Of a stretch of DNA of 64,000 nucleotides, positions 62,740-64,000 are shown piece by piece. The stretch's first letter is position 1, and every line of letters starts with the position of its first letter. Below the pieces are notes generated by a model. The model saw only the letters and a list, made by a program, of their open reading frames with translations. It made no database searches and had not been told where the DNA came from. Both the position numbers and the translations under genes were made by a program. This DNA comes from the human T2T-CHM13v2.0 reference genome, Homo sapiens, in assembly GCF_009914755.1 (NCBI RefSeq), contig NC_060932.1; one strand, written 5' to 3'.

Positions 62740-63440
62740 ATGACTCTCATTTAACTCAGCATAACTTCTAACCCTCTTACCGCAGTCGACATCGCCCTCT
62801 AACATCTGGCTCTTCACTATATTTTAACTTCATTATCTGACACACAATCTCACTCTCTTTGTCCCAGTCACACAGGAATTTTTGTAGTTTCTTGAATATG
62901 TCTGTTTTTTCACTTTCTGTTCTATTTTCCTATGGTTTCCCTTCAGCTATCTACATCCATACGGATCACTTCCTCCTTTCAGTGATGTCTCTGCTCAAAT
63001 GTCCCCTGACCAGAAAGATTTCTATGATCAGGGTGTCTAAAATATTGCTCCCTCATTCTCTACTTTTTTATTCTTCTTTAAGCATTTTTATGAAAGCTAA
63101 AGTTGCTAATTGAATTTCTTCTTTTTTCTCTTTTCTTACTATATTTGAGGAACTAACAATTGAAAAATAATAATTTAATTTTTGCAAAGAGGCTGTCAAC
63201 ACAAAGGACGAAAACGTCTCCAAATGGAAGAAGTGAATTTCTTAGAAACAAAGAAAATTAATTTTTCCCTGATTTTTAACCTACTTTTCTTGTGCTATAT
63301 GCAATAATACAACTAATTATTTACATTATATTTATTTATTTATTGTCGGTCTCCCCTAACTAGAATGTAAGCTGTATAACAGCAGTGACGATGATTTCAT
63401 TACTACTAAATCTCCAGAGTTTCGAATAACCTGATACATA
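62740..63440 (+). mobile_element. LINE-2 (L2a) interrupted by the duplicated segment 63099-63317
   Basis: GTCTCTGCTCAAATGTC before the insert and TTTATTGTCGGTCTCCCCTAACTAGAATGTAAGCT after it. Confidence 0.7.
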
Positions 63441-64000
63441 CTACCAGAAACCTACCCAACCATGTTTGTTACTTTCAAAAAGACATCTAAGAATAATTTG
63501 GTAATTCTAATATTTTTTGATATTAAAGAGTAAGTACATGTATGTGTTTGTCTGTGTGCGTATGTGTATGTGTGTATGTGCATTGCATATTTACATGTTT
63601 AAAGCTCCAGCATCCTCTTCACATTTGGCTAATTTGACCACCAGGGCTACACATATAGGACCTGGCTAGGGACAGAGGGAACTGAACACAGTAGCGCAGA
63701 CATCATTTCCCTTCTGAAACTCACATCCGGGATATCTCAGAGACTAGGCTGGAACGAAACACATTTGAAAGACCCATTATATATCACATTGAAAATCTCT
63801 GCTCCCAGGGCAGCCATGTTTTATCTAGTATGTCCTTTCACTACTTAGAAAATCATGAGATGACCTGCTACTACAAGTTTCCATTTTATATACAGGGAAA
63901 TATAGGTTAAGTGGATTGCTCATCTTCAAATAGCAGGGTGAACCAGAGCTTGGTCACCACACTCCATTACCCCCACCACCTTTTTTTTTTTGTCAATTTT

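Overview
Primate (human or great-ape-like) AT-rich intronic or intergenic DNA, dominated by interspersed repeats. I found no host protein-coding exon, RNA gene or CRISPR array, and no new biological system that I can support. The main features are two full-length but inactivated minus-strand LINE-1s. The first (22584-28662) is a late L1PA2/L1Hs-like copy with a 14-bp TSD, an intact antisense ORF0 and a candidate 19-nt 3' transduction, nested in an MLT1 LTR that is itself inside a MER5A. The second (41763-48321) is an older L1PA4-like copy with a 16-bp TSD and two tandem 3' ends, and appears to be a chimera with a younger L1. The rest includes about 20 Alu/FLAM/FRAM copies, MaLR/ERV LTRs (MLT1, MLT2, THE1, MER67), hAT DNA transposons (MER5A, MER30, MER58), MIR, L2, old L1M fragments and microsatellites. 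Also notable are two local non-tandem duplications of apparently unique DNA and an old inverted L1MA insertion. Subfamily names come from my recollection of consensus sequences and need RepeatMasker/Dfam confirmation. Boundaries of old repeats are approximate.
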